58,680 bases of DNA from an uncultured virus (IMG/VR IMGVR_UViG_3300027582_000004). Lineage: Duplodnaviria; Heunggongvirae; Uroviricota; Caudoviricetes. Of the stretch, positions 17,177-26,868 are shown piece after piece. The notes below the pieces were generated by a model, which made no database searches, was not told the origin of the DNA, and was given only the letters and a program-made list of their open reading frames with translations. The translations under genes and the position numbers were made by a program. The number at the start of each line of letters is the position of its first letter. The first letter of the stretch is position 1. The stretch lies in the IMG/VR virus record IMGVR_UViG_3300027582_000004; one strand, 5' to 3'.

Positions 17177-18442
17177 ATGGGTAAACAAAGAGAAGCATTT
17201 GGACGTGCTAGGTTCAATCAACTATTAAAGAAAAAAGGCATCGACACTAATAAGATGCATTCAGACAACGAAAAAGATGCAGCAGCAGCTAAGAAAAGAA
17301 AAGATGCAGCTGGAAAAGATTTAGCATCTTTTAGAAAGCAAACTGGTATCACTTCTGAATCCGTAAATGAAGGTATTCTTAATAAAAGTACCTATAAGAG
17401 CAAGCTTGCTTGGTTTAAGGCACATAAAGAATTAAAAAAGATGAGAACATCGGTGGCTCCTGAAAAACAGAAAGCCTACAGAAACCTTCTAAATATGTTC
17501 TTTCATACATTAGACGATTTTGATCCAAAGATGATGGATAGATGGAACACTAAAACTTCTAATAAAAATAACCTTGGTAATGATTCAGTTGCTGATCTAA
17601 GATTTGAATTAAAAGATATTTTAGGAAAAGATGCAGGTAAAATTATGGAATCGGCAGAACCGATAAATGAAAAAAATTACTTTGGCCACAAAGTTGATCC
17701 AGGTAAGTTTGCTACATACATGAAATTCGTAAAAATAAATAAACTTGAAGAACCAACTGTTCGCATGATTCAGCAAATGGTTTTTGATGAAAAGGGCAAA
17801 AGGCTCTCGACTCCTATGCAATACATGTTAGATAGGTTAAAGCAAGACCTAAAGAATCCAAAGTATAAACAAGCTTTAAAATTATGGAATGATGCTAGGC
17901 TTAATGAATCTGTTTCAGTTAATATAGATGAAGCACTGACTATGGTATCTCGTAAGCCACACCCTACAGGTGGTCATATTGTTACCCTTAAAGATAAAGA
18001 CGGCAAGAAAGTTGTTCGTCATTTACATAAAGGTAAAGTAAAGACACTATCTAAAGAAGAAACTGAGCTTGATGAAAAGCGTAACATTAAAATCGCCAAG
18101 AGTGGTAAAGGCGAGAGAATGGTTAACAAGCAAGAGCTAAGAACATACCTTCAGATGGGCTGGAAAGAAGTCAAAGAAGGCAATGGCCTTTGGGCAAACA
18201 TTGCTGCTAAGAAAGCACGTGGAGAAAAGATGAGAAAGAAAGGTGCTAAAGGCGCACCTACAGATGCTCAGATTAAACATGCTCAAAGCACAAGTGAGAG
18301 TGTTGAACCTATTACTGAATTAACTGCAAAAGAAAAGCAACTTGTTAATCAAATGTATGATAAAAAAGGCAATCTAACACCACTTGGTAAGAAAGTTTTT
18401 AATCATAACAAGAAGCCTGGTGACAAGGGTTATGTAGAATGA
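17177..18442 (+). CDS. lysine-rich modular protein with multiple prohead-protease-like sites
   Basis: SVNE, PINE, RLNE, NIDE, ELDE, EVKE, PITE punctuate the sequence. Confidence 0.55.
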   Translation: MGKQREAFGRARFNQLLKKKGIDTNKMHSDNEKDAAAAKKRKDAAGKDLASFRKQTGITSESVNEGILNKSTYKSKLAWFKAHKELKKMRTSVAPEKQKAYRNLLNMFFHTLDDFDPKMMDRWNTKTSNKNNLGNDSVADLRFELKDILGKDAGKIMESAEPINEKNYFGHKVDPGKFATYMKFVKINKLEEPTVRMIQQMVFDEKGKRLSTPMQYMLDRLKQDLKNPKYKQALKLWNDARLNESVSVNIDEALTMVSRKPHPTGGHIVTLKDKDGKKVVRHLHKGKVKTLSKEETELDEKRNIKIAKSGKGERMVNKQELRTYLQMGWKEVKEGNGLWANIAAKKARGEKMRKKGAKGAPTDAQIKHAQSTSESVEPITELTAKEKQLVNQMYDKKGNLTPLGKKVFNHNKKPGDKGYVE

Positions 18443-18726
18443 AAAGTTTTAAGAGATTCACTGAAGGACGTGGAGCTGATGGCAAAGGCCATTACAGAGC
18501 TACAGAAAAAGGTGCTGGTCTCACTCAAAAAGGCAGAGATGCTATTAATAGAAAAACTGGTAGCAACTTAAAGGCTCCAGTTACAGGTAAAGCAAAAGCT
18601 GGTAGTAAAGCAGCTGGCCGTAGGAAATCATTCTGTGCACGTATGGGCGGAATGAAAGGTCCTATGAAAGACGAAAAAGGGAGACCTACTCGTAAGGCTA
18701 TGTCGCTCAGAAGATGGAAGTGTTAA
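18439..18726 (+). CDS. DUF6321-like basic protein
   Basis: MKSFKRFTE; GLTQKGR...GSNLKAPV...RRKSFCARMGG...SLRRWKC. Confidence 0.7.
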   Translation: MKSFKRFTEGRGADGKGHYRATEKGAGLTQKGRDAINRKTGSNLKAPVTGKAKAGSKAAGRRKSFCARMGGMKGPMKDEKGRPTRKAMSLRRWKC

Positions 18727-18729
18727 GTT

Positions 18730-19011
18730 ATGGCAGATGTAGACTGGAAGAAACGCCTCGACAGAATCGAAGAAAAGATGGATAAGATGAGTGAAGTCTT
18801 AATATCTTTGGCTCGATTCGAAGAAAAGATGGATGCTTATAACGAATATAGAGAACGTTCATGGGAACGAATGAATAAATTCTCAACTAAATTGGATAAT
18901 ATTGAAAAGAAGTGTGACGATAATGCTCGCACCGTACATACTATAAATAAACTATTCTGGGTAGCAATCGTTGCTATCGGGAGTGCAATCGCAGCTCAAC
19001 TTTGGATGTAA
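18730..19011 (+). CDS. coiled-coil protein with C-terminal TM helix
   Basis: RLDRIEEKMDKM... followed by hydrophobic FWVAIVAIGSAIAAQLWM. Confidence 0.65.
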   Translation: MADVDWKKRLDRIEEKMDKMSEVLISLARFEEKMDAYNEYRERSWERMNKFSTKLDNIEKKCDDNARTVHTINKLFWVAIVAIGSAIAAQLWM

Positions 19012-19021
19012 GGAGACACAA

Positions 19022-20110
19022 ATGAGCGACATAATGTCAAAGTTGGCGGCTAGATATGCTGAAGTCAACGAAAATAAAAAAATGACTAACCAAAAGGCCC
19101 TATCTAAAGCGTCTGCGGCAACACCTGCAGGTAAAGCTGCAGTAACATTACCTAAGGCACCTTGGGATAAAAAGAAAGAATCAAAAGAAGCCATGGATCC
19201 TGTCGATAAAAAGGAACTAAAAGGCAAGCATAAAGATCGTGATGACACAGATATTGATAACGATGGCGATACAGATTCATCAGATAAGTATCTACATAAA
19301 CGTCGTAAAGCTATCTCTAAGAAAATGGATGAAGCTGAAGATAAAACAACGCCTTGTCCTAAATGTGAAGGTTCTATGGAAAACCATTCTAAGGATTGTC
19401 CATCTGAAAAAGAAGCTAAATCAAAAGATGATACAGCTGTGATGAATCCTGGCAAGGGTAAAGAAGAACCCAAAATGGAAAAGAATGAGTCATATACATT
19501 TAAACAACTTGAAGCTATGTCTATCGAAGATTTGGATTCTCTATCAGAATCAATGGATAATGAGCAACTAGATGAGATCCTCGGCACACTAGCCAAAGGT
19601 GCAGCTAGCCTTGCAGGTAAAGGTGTAAAGAAAGCTGTTAATAGATTTTCTGTTTCTGGCAGAGCTGATGCTGCTCAAGCAAAGCTAAAGAAAATGACAA
19701 AGAAAAGAAATGATAGAAATCGTTTGAATAAAGCCAAAGCAGGTATTAGTAAACTTAGGGCAACAAAACCCGTGAGTGCAAGACCTCTTGCTGCAGGTGT
19801 AAAGGAAGGTAATGAAATGGCAGAACCAAAATGGCCAGTATATGCACGTATCTTAGAAAAAGCAATGGCTCCTAAGAAAGATGCAGAAAAACCTGAAGAG
19901 ATTGATGCTAAGGATTCAAAATCTTCAAAAGACTTTGTTGATGATCACGAAAAAAGTGATGATAAGAAACAAGGTGATAAAGTTGATATCGCAGTAGCAA
20001 TCAAAAAGAATGCATCTGCTTTAGCTAACCCAATGAAAGCTGCACCACTTCGCCCTGGTGATAACAAGCAAGGTGATAAAGTAGCTGATAAACCCGAAGG
20101 AAAAATGTAA
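19022..20110 (+). CDS. charged, low-complexity head-associated-like protein
   Basis: SD AAGGAG, late promoter at 18942, DIDNDGDTD motif, CPKC...HSKDC, repeated xxE sites. Confidence 0.6.
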   Translation: MSDIMSKLAARYAEVNENKKMTNQKALSKASAATPAGKAAVTLPKAPWDKKKESKEAMDPVDKKELKGKHKDRDDTDIDNDGDTDSSDKYLHKRRKAISKKMDEAEDKTTPCPKCEGSMENHSKDCPSEKEAKSKDDTAVMNPGKGKEEPKMEKNESYTFKQLEAMSIEDLDSLSESMDNEQLDEILGTLAKGAASLAGKGVKKAVNRFSVSGRADAAQAKLKKMTKKRNDRNRLNKAKAGISKLRATKPVSARPLAAGVKEGNEMAEPKWPVYARILEKAMAPKKDAEKPEEIDAKDSKSSKDFVDDHEKSDDKKQGDKVDIAVAIKKNASALANPMKAAPLRPGDNKQGDKVADKPEGKM

Positions 20111-20467
20111 ATGATTAAAGCCCCAGGCTGGTGTCCAAATGCTATTCCAACTCTGAAAGGTTGGAAGCATCATGTAAGACCAGAAATTCTTAAACCTGCT
20201 AAACTTACTCAAGAACAAATCGATGAGTATAATGGCGATACTGCTCAAGTGTTGATAGAAGCCGAACCAGCTCCTATCGCACCTACAGCTACTATGCTGT
20301 CATCTAATGATAAAATCTATGTAGATGTTGATGATATTGATGGTATGGAAGGTATGAGTAAAGCTGAACTTGAAGAAGTTGGTCGTGAACATGGTATTGA
20401 ACTTGACCGTAGGAAGAGTAGAAAAACTTTGATAGATACTTTGAAAGGCGCAATGCTAAAAGATTAA
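20111..20467 (+). CDS. hypothetical protein with C-terminal Rho-N/HeH-like motif
   Basis: MSKAELEEVGREHGIELDRRKSRKTLI. Confidence 0.55.
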   Translation: MIKAPGWCPNAIPTLKGWKHHVRPEILKPAKLTQEQIDEYNGDTAQVLIEAEPAPIAPTATMLSSNDKIYVDVDDIDGMEGMSKAELEEVGREHGIELDRRKSRKTLIDTLKGAMLKD

Positions 20468-20483
20468 CAAAGTTTGGGATATC

Positions 20484-20846
20484 ATGAATATTGAATTGAC
20501 TGAGGATAACCTTCCTCTGTATGCAGCAAAACATTACTATAATCCACTTGGTGCAGATCACGATGAATTCATAGAGGACCTTAAAAGGTTTAAATATGTA
20601 AAGAGATTGGTGAATAGGTATATTGAGACAGGCTATCTTGCAGATCGCCTTATTCTAAATCATCTTATCGTGCTTCACAATGTGTTTGGTGTTAAACCAA
20701 CAGTTGAGATGTTAAAGATAAGATTAGATGATCCTCAATGGCCTATCATCAAACCTTTTATATTATATTTAAGAATGATTGATAATACAGAAATAATTGA
20801 TGTAACTATGGACGAGACTGTAGTACAGGCACTAAGGAATATTTAA
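20484..20846 (+). CDS. conserved T4-like phage hypothetical protein
   Basis: YAAKHYYNP...EFIEDLKRFKYVKRL...RLILNHLIVLHNVFG. Confidence 0.75.
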   Translation: MNIELTEDNLPLYAAKHYYNPLGADHDEFIEDLKRFKYVKRLVNRYIETGYLADRLILNHLIVLHNVFGVKPTVEMLKIRLDDPQWPIIKPFILYLRMIDNTEIIDVTMDETVVQALRNI

Positions 20847-21407
20847 ATGGGACTTTTATCAAGAGCAGGTGATCTAGTTTACACCCTGAGGTTTCTCAGG
20901 TTGCTCACTACGCCGTTTGATAAAACTACAGCATTTGAGTTGGGTCTTATTGATGAAAAAGGTAAGAAACTTAAAAAGCCTGAAACAAAAGATGAAAAGG
21001 GAGCCTATAATACATTCCATAGGCTAGTATTTAATATTAAGAAACTAATCCCTGGTAAGAAAATTGGTTCTTATGCAGCTGCTCTTTACTTAATGAAAGA
21101 GAAATATGGCGTAAATAACTTTGATAAGATTTTAAGAGAAAGTAATATTGATCCACTTGATCTATTAGCTGAAAATAATGAATGGTTTATGTTAGAACAA
21201 AAGCAATTGTCGCCAGGTGTTTATAGAGTAAATGGTGATAAGGTTCTAAACAAGAACTGCGAAGAATTGGTAAAGACAAGAGATCAGGTAAGGATACCAG
21301 AGAACTGTTATCCTGTTGGTGATGTATTAGGTTTAGACATCTATGAAGTGACACATTTAAAATCTATGCAGAACATATACGTTACTGCAGGGGAACTAAT
21401 CAGATGA
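20847..21407 (+). CDS. conserved T4-like phage hypothetical protein
   Basis: YTLRFLRLLTTPFDKTTAFELGLIDEKG...FHRLVFNIKK. Confidence 0.75.
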   Translation: MGLLSRAGDLVYTLRFLRLLTTPFDKTTAFELGLIDEKGKKLKKPETKDEKGAYNTFHRLVFNIKKLIPGKKIGSYAAALYLMKEKYGVNNFDKILRESNIDPLDLLAENNEWFMLEQKQLSPGVYRVNGDKVLNKNCEELVKTRDQVRIPENCYPVGDVLGLDIYEVTHLKSMQNIYVTAGELIR

Positions 21408-21586
21408 AGAAAAAAGTTAAAGAGGATGCACCAACAAATTCAATAGCACATGGTGGTGTTGATATGGCTCCTAATACAGGTCCAAGAGTAAAAGAAATAT
21501 CTGTAACAGATAAGCGCAGAAGAAAGGATAAACATCCGGTTCTACTTAAAAGGTTCCGTAAGTTTATAAACCATCAAGATGATTAA
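21404..21586 (+). CDS. hypothetical protein
   Basis: ATGA overlap; VKEDAPTN. Confidence 0.6.
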   Translation: MKKKVKEDAPTNSIAHGGVDMAPNTGPRVKEISVTDKRRRKDKHPVLLKRFRKFINHQDD

Positions 21587-22025
21587 ACTTTACATCGCAC
21601 TTTTTATTCTTAGTATGATGGCTGCTGTTGGTTATGCTGGAAAATATTACTATGATACCACACAAGCAACGATAGCTACACTGAGAGAGAATAATGTCAA
21701 GCTAGTAAATGTAGCGGAAACTCTACAGAATACAGTTGAGACTATGGAAGCTGATGCTAAAAGAAATGAAGAATTAAATCGTAACCTTAGTAAGAGGTTA
21801 CAGCAATCGTCAAAACACCTTGATAAACTAAGAGGCGTCTTGGCTAAAATTGATCTAACTATGGAAGCAATCCAAGATCCAGAAGGCTTGGAAGAAAGAG
21901 TGAACAATGCGGTTAACAGACTTATCAAAAGAATTGAAAGCGAAACATCTCCTGATCCTATCACCGCTGATGCTGATGGGGTGTCTGGGGAGTCAAGCGG
22001 AACCGATAGTAGCAGTAAAGACTGA
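21579..22025 (+). CDS. putative inner-membrane spanin (Rz-like)
   Basis: N-terminal TM helix plus long coiled coil; overlaps a lipoprotein gene. Confidence 0.65.
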   Translation: MIKLYIALFILSMMAAVGYAGKYYYDTTQATIATLRENNVKLVNVAETLQNTVETMEADAKRNEELNRNLSKRLQQSSKHLDKLRGVLAKIDLTMEAIQDPEGLEERVNNAVNRLIKRIESETSPDPITADADGVSGESSGTDSSSKD

Positions 22026-22302
22026 ATACGTCGAACAAAGAATTCCTATTCAAGAAGCACCTAAAGGTGTTAACTTTCCACCTGTGGAATGGTTTATCTT
22101 GACGCCTGATAATATAGAAGCAAAGATTGCTGAGATCGAAGCATCTACTGGTTCAGCTGTACTCTTTGCCATTACACCAAAAGGATATGAAAACCTTGCA
22201 ATTGGTATTGGTGATCTTCGCAGATACATTAAAGATGAGCAAGCAATAGTTGGTTACTATGAGGAAGCACTAGCTCCTGAAGAGCCTGCAAAAGAAGAAT
22301 AG
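21907..22302 (+). CDS. putative outer-membrane spanin lipoprotein (Rz1-like)
   Basis: Lipobox LMGC followed by a Pro-rich region; start may be TTG 21934. Confidence 0.65.
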   Translation: MRLTDLSKELKAKHLLILSPLMLMGCLGSQAEPIVAVKTEYVEQRIPIQEAPKGVNFPPVEWFILTPDNIEAKIAEIEASTGSAVLFAITPKGYENLAIGIGDLRRYIKDEQAIVGYYEEALAPEEPAKEE

Positions 22303-22317
22303 ACTGTTTCAAAAAAA

Positions 22318-22393
22318 GATACAATATTTAGAAAATAATTGTTACATTTTACTACATTTAGCTATTTACAAGAAACCGGATATGATATATAAT
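22318..22393 (+). promoter_or_regulatory. nrd promoter with two NrdR-box-like sites
   Basis: CAATATTTAG (22322) and CTACATTTAG (22352), then TTTACA(22365)-N17-TATAAT(22388). Confidence 0.55.
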
Positions 22394-22446
22394 ACTACCT
22401 AATGAGATAAGGTATTTCCCTTATTCATATTTTCACGGAGTAATAT

Positions 22447-23418
22447 ATGCTATTTACGGAGCAAATCGCACGAAAGCCCGACCTCTATCCTTGGACCAAA
22501 CAATTTATAGAGGCCATATGGCAAGGCTTTTGGACACCAGAGGAGTTCAACTTTCGGTCCGACTATTCACAATTTAAAAATGATCTTACACCAGCAGAGC
22601 AACAAGTTGTTGTTAAGACAATGTCTGCCATTGGCCAGATTGAGATTGCAGTAAAATCTTTCTGGGCTGATGTAGGCAATCACTTACCACATCCATCAAT
22701 TAAAGACTTAGGTTATGCAATGGCCAACTCAGAGGTTATCCATAATATGGCCTATGAGAAAATTCTTGATGTGCTACATCTTACACACGTATTCGAAGAG
22801 AACCTTAATGTAGATGTAATCAAAGGGCGAGTTAATTACTTGCGCAAATATAATAAAAAAGTTTATAAAGACGAACGTAAACAATACATTTATTCCATTA
22901 TGTTGTTTACACTCTTTGTTGAAAATGTAAGTCTGTTTAGTCAATTCTATATTATTATGCATATGAACCGTAACAAAGCAGTAATGAAAGATTGTGCTCA
23001 GCAAGTACAATATACTCGCAATGAAGAGATGCTACACGCACAAGTAGGTATTAAACTAATTCAAACTCTCCGTGAAGAATACCCTGAGTTGTTTGATAAA
23101 GAATTAGAAGCACGTGTACAACAAGAATGTATCGACTCACTTAAAGCAGAAAGCAAAGTGATTGATTGGATTATGGACGGACATTCCGCACCAGGTCTGA
23201 GTGCTGATATTCTTAAATCATTTATTGCAAAGCGCATGGCAGATTCAATTGATGCTATTGGTTTTGATAATAGTGAAATTAAGTATGATCAAGAACACAT
23301 TGATCAAACATTCTGGTTCGATGAAGAACTATATGGAGCCAACATGACTGATTTCTTCCAGAAACGTCCTGTTGAATATGCAAAAGGTCAAGGCATTTCT
23401 GCTGACGACCTATTTTAA
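22447..23418 (+). CDS. nrdB: ribonucleotide reductase class I beta subunit
   Basis: FWTPEE, EVIHNMAY, ENVSLFSQF, NEEMLH, DFFQKRPVEY. Confidence 0.93.
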   Translation: MLFTEQIARKPDLYPWTKQFIEAIWQGFWTPEEFNFRSDYSQFKNDLTPAEQQVVVKTMSAIGQIEIAVKSFWADVGNHLPHPSIKDLGYAMANSEVIHNMAYEKILDVLHLTHVFEENLNVDVIKGRVNYLRKYNKKVYKDERKQYIYSIMLFTLFVENVSLFSQFYIIMHMNRNKAVMKDCAQQVQYTRNEEMLHAQVGIKLIQTLREEYPELFDKELEARVQQECIDSLKAESKVIDWIMDGHSAPGLSADILKSFIAKRMADSIDAIGFDNSEIKYDQEHIDQTFWFDEELYGANMTDFFQKRPVEYAKGQGISADDLF

Positions 23419-23428
23419 GGAGTAGATA

Positions 23429-25072
23429 ATGGGCTTTGAATGGGCTAACGATGAGTCACGGGTATTTTTATCCCGTGGCTACATTGACGGAAATATGACT
23501 GTCGAAGAAAGAGTAAGAAATATTGCTCAGACAGCAGAGATAATTTTAGATAGTGAAGGTTTTGCAGACAAGTTCTATGACTATATGAGTCGTGGTTTCT
23601 ATTCTCTGTCATCTCCTGTATGGTCAAACTTTGGTACTAAGAAAGGTTTACCTATTTCTTGTAATGGTGTCTTTATTAATGATAATATGGAATCCATTCT
23701 AAAGAAAACTGCAGAAGTTGGTATGCAGACTAAGATGGGCGCAGGCACTTCTGGCTACTATGGTGCGCTTCGCCCACGGGGTGAGCCAATTAAATCTGGT
23801 GGAACTGCTGATGGACCTGTACACTTTATGAACTTAACCGAAACAACAGTTGATGTTGTGGCACAGGGTAATGTTCGTAGAGGATCCTTTGCTGGCTATC
23901 TTGATATTGAGTCGCCAGATATTATGGAGTTCCTAGAGTGTCGTGAGGAAGGTTCTTCTATTATTAATATGAGCCTAGGTGTTTGTATTGGTGATGAGTG
24001 GATGCAATCCATGATTGATGGAGACGGAGATAAGAGAACCCTATGGGCACGTATCTTGCGTAAACGTCGTGAGAGTGGATACCCTTATCTGTTCTTTAAA
24101 GATACAGTAAATGATAGTGCACCACGTGTCTTGCGTGATAACAATATTAAAATCTGGGCATCTAATCTATGCTCTGAAATCTGCCTACCTTCTAATGAAG
24201 ATGAATCATTTGTTTGTAACCTAGCATCTATGAACTTGTTAACATATGACGAGTGGAAAGATACAGATGCTGTCGAGACAATGATCTATTTCTTAGATGC
24301 TGTTATGGAAGAATATATTGATAAGACACAAGGCATTCCGTTTATGGAGTCTGCATATAACTTTGCACTTCGTTGGCGTGCTCTTGGCTTAGGACAACTT
24401 GGTTGGCATTCTTATCTACAATCTAGTATGATTCCGTTTGAGTCATTTGAAGCTCATCTTAAAGCAACAGAAATCAGTAAATTTATTGATGAGCGTGCTA
24501 AGTTAGCATCACAAGAACTAGCAGAAGAATATGGTGAACCAGAAGGTATGCTAGGATATGGTATGCGCAATCTTACTACTTGTGCTATTGCTCCTACTAC
24601 AAGCTCATCATTTATTCTAGGTCAGGTATCACCATCTATCGAACCATTGGCATCTAATTACTTTACTAAAGACTTGGCAAAAGGTAAGTTTACTTATCGT
24701 AACCCATATCTAAAGAAAGTATTAGAACTACATGAGAAAGATGATGTTGAAACTTGGACGAATATTCTTAAACACGGTGGTTCTGTACAGCAACTAGACT
24801 TCTTGACTGAGAATGAAAAGAATGTATTTAAAACATTCTCAGAAATCTCACCATTGGTTATTGTTCAACAAGCAGCTGCAAGGCAGAAATATATAGACCA
24901 AGCACAAAGTTTAAACATTCTAATCCACCCTGATGTACCAGCTAAAGATGTAAATGCATTGATTATAGAAGGATGGAAACTAGGTGTAAAAACATTCTAT
25001 TATCAACGATCAGCTAACCCTGCTCAAGAATTGGTAAGAGATATTATGAATTGTGCAGCTTGTGAAGCATAG
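23429..25072 (+). CDS. nrdA: ribonucleotide reductase class I alpha subunit, short form without ATP cone
   Basis: PISC, SNLCSEI, VCNLAS, AIAPTTSSS, KTFYY, C-terminal CAACEA. Confidence 0.95.
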   Translation: MGFEWANDESRVFLSRGYIDGNMTVEERVRNIAQTAEIILDSEGFADKFYDYMSRGFYSLSSPVWSNFGTKKGLPISCNGVFINDNMESILKKTAEVGMQTKMGAGTSGYYGALRPRGEPIKSGGTADGPVHFMNLTETTVDVVAQGNVRRGSFAGYLDIESPDIMEFLECREEGSSIINMSLGVCIGDEWMQSMIDGDGDKRTLWARILRKRRESGYPYLFFKDTVNDSAPRVLRDNNIKIWASNLCSEICLPSNEDESFVCNLASMNLLTYDEWKDTDAVETMIYFLDAVMEEYIDKTQGIPFMESAYNFALRWRALGLGQLGWHSYLQSSMIPFESFEAHLKATEISKFIDERAKLASQELAEEYGEPEGMLGYGMRNLTTCAIAPTTSSSFILGQVSPSIEPLASNYFTKDLAKGKFTYRNPYLKKVLELHEKDDVETWTNILKHGGSVQQLDFLTENEKNVFKTFSEISPLVIVQQAAARQKYIDQAQSLNILIHPDVPAKDVNALIIEGWKLGVKTFYYQRSANPAQELVRDIMNCAACEA

Positions 25073-25081
25073 GAGAATAAA

Positions 25082-25234
25082 TTGAGCAGTAAACACCACG
25101 AGATAGAATGTCCAATGTGTGAGGCACATTGTTTTATCGAAGTAAGAAATTCGGAAGACTTTCCAGAACACTGTCCAATGTGTGGGCACCCTGTCGGCAT
25201 AGATGAGGATATGTTTGAGGATTTAGAGGACTAG
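25082..25234 (+). CDS. 50-aa zinc-ribbon/rubredoxin-like protein
   Basis: SD AGGAGA, TTG start, two CPMC motifs, acidic tail; absent from the ORF track. Confidence 0.7.
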   Translation: MSSKHHEIECPMCEAHCFIEVRNSEDFPEHCPMCGHPVGIDEDMFEDLED

Positions 25235-25516
25235 ATGTTAACAGTAACAGATGCAGCAAGAGAATACTTGGCAAGTGTAGGTAAACCTAACGTATCACTT
25301 TCCGTAAAAGGCGGTGGCTGCTCTGGTTTCCAATACGAGTGGGGAACTACCGATAAAAAACCTACAGTAGAAAATTTATGGCTGGATCCAATGGCAGAAA
25401 TGTTTGTGTTTGGATGTGAAGTAGATTATATCACTGAACTAGGTGGTAGTTATCTTACAGTTAAGAACCCTAATGCCACTGCTAGCTGTGGATGCGGAGA
25501 ATCATTTGCTGTATAA
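25235..25516 (+). CDS. A-type Fe-S carrier (IscA/HesB family)
   Basis: VKGGGCSGFQY, NPNATASCGCGESF. Confidence 0.9.
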   Translation: MLTVTDAAREYLASVGKPNVSLSVKGGGCSGFQYEWGTTDKKPTVENLWLDPMAEMFVFGCEVDYITELGGSYLTVKNPNATASCGCGESFAV

Positions 25517-25548
25517 ATAGTTCTAAGAATACTTGAACTGGATATATT

Positions 25549-26001
25549 ATGTGGCTATTTGAAGAAGAAAATTTTAATCCCACCCCGGAGGCATTAGCCA
25601 CTTGGGTGGGATTTGTATATGAAGTGAATGATACCGCTAACGGGAAAAAGTATATAGGCAAAAAAGGCTTCTGGTCTACACGTCGGTTGCAACCGTTAAA
25701 GGGTAAGAAAAGAAAAAGAGTAGTAAAGAAGGAATCTGATTGGAAGACATACTATGGTTCTAACGAGGAAATAAAGTTACTCGTTGAGGCGTCTGATCCA
25801 GAACGGTGGGAGAGGCGTATACTTAGATTATGTACGTCCAAAGGAGAAATGAGTTATTATGAAGCAAAGGAGCAGATTGAAAGAAATGTTCTCTTTGACG
25901 ATTCATACTATAATGAATTTATTGGTTTAAAAATCCATGCCAAACACGTTGGCCACCTAAAGGAGAAATTTATTGACGAACGGGACAAAGAGACAGAATG
26001 A
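25549..26001 (+). CDS. GIY-YIG nuclease (endonuclease II/Seg-like, catalytic domain only)
   Basis: GFVY...KKYIGKK...WKTYYGS...E...YYN; TATAAATA at 25512. Confidence 0.8.
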   Translation: MWLFEEENFNPTPEALATWVGFVYEVNDTANGKKYIGKKGFWSTRRLQPLKGKKRKRVVKKESDWKTYYGSNEEIKLLVEASDPERWERRILRLCTSKGEMSYYEAKEQIERNVLFDDSYYNEFIGLKIHAKHVGHLKEKFIDERDKETE

Positions 26002-26161
26002 GATATTCTATGCAGTCAAAGGTCACTTGATACCATTAACATACACATCTAATGATATAGAAAGTATGTACAATAGTTATTTTAAAAGATTATGGAATAA
26101 CCATGAGAGGCTAGTTAATTGCCAATTAGACTTTGAAGCCCTATGGAAGAATGCAATTTAA
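25973..26161 (+). CDS. hypothetical protein
   Basis: SD AAGGAG, TTG start. Confidence 0.55.
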   Translation: MTNGTKRQNEIFYAVKGHLIPLTYTSNDIESMYNSYFKRLWNNHERLVNCQLDFEALWKNAI

Positions 26162-26868
26162 AAATTTGTTATCTGTACATGCTTTTCAAATGTTGGGAAG
26201 GACCATAAGTCATCAAGATTTCCATTGCGGCGACTTTCTATTAGTATATCTCTGTTTAAGACATCTGGATGTGTTTTTCTGTCCATATTAGGATTTGGAT
26301 AACCGATCCCAACAATACACTTTGCAAATGTGTTTTTAATACCTAATACATCACCTTCTCTAAATGCAGAACAACAGCCTGTTCTATATCCTAATAAATT
26401 GGCTGTAAGTAATAATTGACCTATAGCTATTCCTGTACCAATATCCATTATTCTATTTTTAACTATATGAGTATACAGATCCTCTTTATGGGTCTCATCA
26501 TCAACAATCATATGAGTTCTTGCTCTGGCTTTAGACTGATCCCAATCGTCACAGAAAGCTATTATTAAATTTGCATTTAGCTGAGAATTAGTTACACAGT
26601 ATTCATCTGGTGTATCTCCATTACTACTTATAGGAATACTATCATCATACACAGCAAAGTATTTTGTTCTGCTATACACTTCCTCTATTTTAGACTGGTT
26701 AGAAGACCAATATATTTTGTAATTAGTTTCATTCTGTTTCGTAGGTGCATATTGAATAGAGGAGAGCATCAAATCGATGTCTTCTTGTGGGATATTTACA
26801 TCACTTTTCCAGTTTCTTTGACACGGATTAGTGTTTTTTATAGCTGAGAAAAGCTCATCTTTATCCAT
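26158..26868 (-). CDS. nitroreductase-family flavoprotein
   Basis: CQRNW, YAPTKQN, MDIGTGIAIGQLLLTANLLGYRTGCC, VGIGYP. Confidence 0.8.
   Translation of the reverse strand: MDKDELFSAIKNTNPCQRNWKSDVNIPQEDIDLMLSSIQYAPTKQNETNYKIYWSSNQSKIEEVYSRTKYFAVYDDSIPISSNGDTPDEYCVTNSQLNANLIIAFCDDWDQSKARARTHMIVDDETHKEDLYTHIVKNRIMDIGTGIAIGQLLLTANLLGYRTGCCSAFREGDVLGIKNTFAKCIVGIGYPNPNMDRKTHPDVLNRDILIESRRNGNLDDLWSFPTFEKHVQITNF

Noticed and set aside
25549..26001. Mobile homing endonuclease or intron associated with nrd
   Set aside because: nrdA and nrdB are uninterrupted, and the ORF lacks a C-terminal DNA-binding domain
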